From an uncultured Gemmatimonadota bacterium (GTDB lineage: Bacteria; SM23-81; DAOVCL01), in the NCBI GenBank assembly GCA_964626665.1, contig CAZVGK010000034.1, positions 1 through 29,181 on the forward strand: 29,181 bases of DNA, in the 5' to 3' direction. Of this stretch, positions 26,147 to 29,181 are shown piece after piece. The position numbers and the translations under genes were made by a program. The notes beneath the pieces were generated by a model. That model was not told the DNA's origin. It searched no databases and saw nothing but the letters and a program-made list of their open reading frames with translations. The stretch's first letter is position 1. Each line of letters begins with the position of its first letter.

Positions 26147-27028
26147 TTAGGTTGTGCAGTCGAGCTTAATCCCAGCTTCTTGCGAGAGTTCCAATAGGTA
26201 GCTGACAAATGCACTACACGTCACTAACATGTATTTCGCATCTCTAGATTGAATCTTAGACGCATTCAACAACTTGTGGCGGATACCACCTTCGTCACTT
26301 GTATAGCCGTACAACTTAATCCACGAGTTCTCTAATAGAGGGTGTAACTGCAAACCTTGACTCCTCAGACGTTTAATAGCCTTAGTAAGAGTTGCTTTTG
26401 GATCTTTTGTGATCAGACAAGCTAGAGCTTCGACTGCAGAAATGGCTTCCTTAATTGAATTTCGATAATCGGGATTCTTGCGATCTGTGAGCTTCTCTAA
26501 AGCACTGCGGAGATGTTCGTTCACTCCAGATAGAGGAGAAGTATCTTTGAGCGCGTTTTCTATTGCAGCAATTTCACCTTCACTGGTTATCTCTCCGATC
26601 TCGTTACCGATAAATCGGTAAGCTGAGAGTTCCCGTTCCATGCAAGAGTTGCATGACTGAATAAAGTGATTTTTGTTGAGTTCTAAAAGAGGAGATGGGA
26701 AATGCTCTGCAACGAATTCAAGGAAATCATAGACTAGATACCACTCTGCATCAAAGAACCATGCGCGTATCTCTTCCGTTGTATTGGGCCAATGGTCATC
26801 AAGGGTATCCAATGGTCGCTTGAAAAATTGAGTCCATAGTTGCTTAGAGAATTCTGAACGTAAACGCAAGCGGATAGGAGTGTTAAAAGGGTGGTGGCCA
26901 TAACTTATAGGATTTATCAAACTGATTAACAAGGCATTCCACAAGCCAGTTCGAAGATCCGAATCCATCGATTCCTTTTGGATCTTTTTTTTGACTGGGA
27001 CCAAGCCCTTTCGTTGTGAAAACCGCAT
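26147..27028 (-). CDS. AbiJ-like protein (AbiJ-NTD4 + HEPN-like C-terminus), putative anti-phage
   Basis: MRFSQRKG....IQ.ESMD..LR..LWN, W..VYDF.E, YRF, D.RNSIKEAISAVE and LYGYTSDEGGIRH. ATG at 27028 with GGAGG SD. Confidence 0.75.
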   Translation of the reverse strand: MRFSQRKGLVPVKKKIQKESMDSDLRTGLWNALLISLINPISYGHHPFNTPIRLRLRSEFSKQLWTQFFKRPLDTLDDHWPNTTEEIRAWFFDAEWYLVYDFLEFVAEHFPSPLLELNKNHFIQSCNSCMERELSAYRFIGNEIGEITSEGEIAAIENALKDTSPLSGVNEHLRSALEKLTDRKNPDYRNSIKEAISAVEALACLITKDPKATLTKAIKRLRSQGLQLHPLLENSWIKLYGYTSDEGGIRHKLLNASKIQSRDAKYMLVTCSAFVSYLLELSQEAGIKLDCTT

Positions 27029-27051
27029 GAAGTTTCCTCCAGTAGTATTCT

Positions 27052-27426
27052 TCAATTGAGTTTTTCAAGAGTTGTTCCGTCGAAGAAATAGAATTTTATA
27101 TCACTGATGAGAGAACCATATCTGTTAAGCCAGCGCGCAGCGACTTCTTTGTCTTTTCCGAAAACCAAAAACTTATGGTCTGTGTTCACCTTTTCCAAAA
27201 GCCAGACGTATTCAGCGATACCACTCCATTTAGCGGCCGGTGTTTTAATGTTTTTAAGATATTTGGCATCTCCAACGTATTTTTGGTTTTGAGAAACCAA
27301 ATCGAATTTCTTCTTGGCAGTGGCGGTCAAGTGAACTGTGCGCTCTTCTAGTTGAAGTCCCCATAGTTCTGAAAGAAATCTCCGCACAGTGTTTTCGAAT
27401 TCCTTTGCCTCATCCATCTCTTTCAC
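27052..27426 (-). CDS. Small putative PD-(D/E)XK restriction-endonuclease-fold protein
   Basis: N-terminal 'EFE..VR' helix, then 'KFDLVS' and 'VGDAK', matching E...D...(D/E)xK spacing. Confidence 0.55.
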   Translation of the reverse strand: MKEMDEAKEFENTVRRFLSELWGLQLEERTVHLTATAKKKFDLVSQNQKYVGDAKYLKNIKTPAAKWSGIAEYVWLLEKVNTDHKFLVFGKDKEVAARWLNRYGSLISDIKFYFFDGTTLEKLN

Positions 27427-27444
27427 TTCGGTTTTCTCGGTTTC

Positions 27445-28014
27445 TTAAATCTTTGCTATAGCTGGAGAGGTCTCCATTCTCTTAAAGGTCTCCTCTCGTT
27501 TCTTATTAGTTATCTTGGCATAGATGGCCGTGTTCTGGATGTTCTTGTGTCCTAAGTGATCAGCTACATACTCTAAGGGTTGTCCATCCTCAAGGAGATG
27601 GGTGGCAATAGAGTGCCTTAGGCTGTGGACGGTGAAGTCTTCACTCAGTTTTGCCTTCTTGGTGTAGTGTTTAAAAAGCTGCTCGATCCTTCTTACTTTT
27701 AACCTTCCCTCTCTGCCGGTAAAAAGTGCAAAGTCATTGTCTCCTCTTTCTTTTAGGTATGTGTTGATTTTATTTCTTAATTCCCTGGGTATGGGATATT
27801 CGCCTGAGATCCCACCCTTGAGCCTGCGGATTACTATTCTGTTGCGGTCAAGGTCCAAATCTTCCAGGTTAAGATTAGAGGCCTCTTGCACCCTCAGGCC
27901 ATAGAAGTAGATGGTATAGAAAAGCGCTAGGTCTCTTTTACTGCTTTTAGCCTTCTGCAGAAATTTTATGACCTGATCTTTAGTCAGGCATTTAGGTAGT
28001 CTTTGTTCTAACAT
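27445..28014 (-). CDS. Tyrosine recombinase, catalytic domain only (FimB/FimE-sized)
   Basis: GLRVQE (R), LKGG (K), HSLRH, HLGH and TAIY (Y); 189 aa. Confidence 0.92.
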   Translation of the reverse strand: MLEQRLPKCLTKDQVIKFLQKAKSSKRDLALFYTIYFYGLRVQEASNLNLEDLDLDRNRIVIRRLKGGISGEYPIPRELRNKINTYLKERGDNDFALFTGREGRLKVRRIEQLFKHYTKKAKLSEDFTVHSLRHSIATHLLEDGQPLEYVADHLGHKNIQNTAIYAKITNKKREETFKRMETSPAIAKI

Positions 28015-28025
28015 TATTAGGGTCT

Positions 28026-28055
28026 AATTACGGGAAATGTATATTTTCTGCAATT
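28026..28055. promoter_or_regulatory. Putative tyrosine recombinase core site (dif-like)
   Basis: AATTACGGGAAA-TGTATA-TTTTCTGCAATT: 12-bp arms (9/12 inverted match) around a 6-bp spacer. Confidence 0.5.
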
Positions 28056-28057
28056 GG

Positions 28058-28086
28058 AGTATATAGCTTTAATCCCTTTGTGTCAA
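28058..28086 (-). promoter_or_regulatory. Near-consensus sigma-70 promoter of the recombinase operon
   Basis: TTGACA-N17-TATACT. Confidence 0.75.
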
Positions 28087-28239
28087 GGGATTTTTAGGAT
28101 TGGATGGGTGAAACTGAAGGCTAATTGCAGATTACAGTAAAAACTTGGGGTGGTTTTGGGTAATTAAAAATCCTGTTTCATTGCCACGGGAATACCCCTT
28201 GAAGTTCACAAAATATACCTTCGATTGTATTAAAAGGCG

Positions 28240-28866
28240 TTAAGTTTTATCGCGATCTTCAATTGTTTTTTTCTGAGCTTTTGGAAGGGCTTTATATAAT
28301 TGTGCTATTCCCTTTGGTTGTGTGATCATAACTTGAGCGATGAGATTTACCAACTTGAATAGTTTGCCAGCGGTTTCTTTATCATCTTTTATGTCCATCT
28401 CTCCTGGATGGACTGCGTTGTTTCCAATCACACGGACAATGTCCAGTGCTTTCTGGGTTGTAGGGGGCAGCCCTTCTTTTACCAAGGCAGCAATATCACT
28501 ATTAAGATTTTTACCAGGTTTACCTAATTGTTGACATAACTGTTGTATGCATAATCGAAGCAAGGCAGCTGCACCTCGAGGAGATTTATTTAAAATAGAA
28601 GACGCTTCCATATAATCATCTTGTATTTCTTGGCTAAGATCGGGATTTGGAGGCTGAATACCAGGGGTGTCAGGGAAGACCATTTTCCCTTCGCACCATA
28701 TAGAATATCTATGACAGTGTTTACAAAAAGCCAACTTAACGGCAGGAGAACTTTGAAAACCCCTTCCAATATAGGTAAAATCATGCCAAGTCTGCTGTGC
28801 AAATGCACCACAATGCGGACAATTGAAAGCAGTTTTCTGAAAAGCTGGAGGTTCAAATGGTATCAA
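28240..28866 (-). CDS. DUF4145-domain protein with N-terminal zinc ribbon (HEPN-like)
   Basis: CPHC and CKHC; DY.EA..I...SPR.AAALLR...Q.LC; R..GN.AVH. Confidence 0.85.
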   Translation of the reverse strand: MIPFEPPAFQKTAFNCPHCGAFAQQTWHDFTYIGRGFQSSPAVKLAFCKHCHRYSIWCEGKMVFPDTPGIQPPNPDLSQEIQDDYMEASSILNKSPRGAAALLRLCIQQLCQQLGKPGKNLNSDIAALVKEGLPPTTQKALDIVRVIGNNAVHPGEMDIKDDKETAGKLFKLVNLIAQVMITQPKGIAQLYKALPKAQKKTIEDRDKT

Positions 28867-29181
28867 TTTGTCTCATCCTTTTTTAGGGTTTCCTCTCATT
28901 TCTGCTTCAGTATTTTCATAAACAAAAAGACAGGATTCTTAACCATCCCGTTCAGATTGCCGTGACTTTCCTCTCTATCTGAATTATTTTATAATTACAG
29001 GAAGGTTTGGTATAATTATAAACTCAAGCACTACAAAAGGCAAGGAATAAATCTTTACCTTTGGGATTTTTGGGCCTTCGCTACTGAATTCTTGAGTTGC
29101 TATTCAATTATAATTCCTATTTTCTTTTAAGAGGCTGTTTAAAAATAGAATTTTCGTCCTATGATCAGAGGTTCCCATCCG

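Noticed and set aside
26040..28240. Integron interpretation of the recombinase and small genes
   Set aside because: The recombinase is too short and lacks the IntI-specific insertion, and no attC-like sites lie between the genes.

Overview
Bacterial chromosomal window from a flagellated diderm, possibly an FCB-group candidate phylum (inference). From left to right: (1) 0.1-7.9 kb, a minus-strand envelope cluster with an MltC-like lytic transglycosylase, a signal-peptide-bearing caspase (peptidase C14) with three Ig/CARDB-like repeats, two LPP20-like lipoproteins and a DUF4384 protein, interrupted by a small putative toxin-antitoxin pair. (2) 8.5-14.5 kb, housekeeping genes: rpmB, a TIGR04076-like protein, a conserved 424-aa exported protein, rsmE and hrcA-grpE-dnaJ. 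There is no dnaK, no canonical CIRCE was found, and grpE appears to start at ACG. (3) 14.7-24.9 kb, plus-strand chemotaxis and flagellar genes: tandem-receiver CheY-like, cheX, flgG-A-H, flgI-J, flgN-K, flgL and a MerR-like regulator, with clear sigma-54 and sigma-28 promoters. (4) From 25.2 kb, an AT-richer accessory island: truncated parA, an AbiJ-like HEPN protein, a small PD-(D/E)XK nuclease, a FimB-sized tyrosine recombinase with a dif-like site over its promoter, and a DUF4145 protein. Most large spacers are filled with nested palindromic repeats (GTAG-REP doublets, a four-hairpin CTAAAG element, CCCCGTTA MITE-like inserts) and short-period tandem repeats. All family calls come from motif recognition, not database searches.
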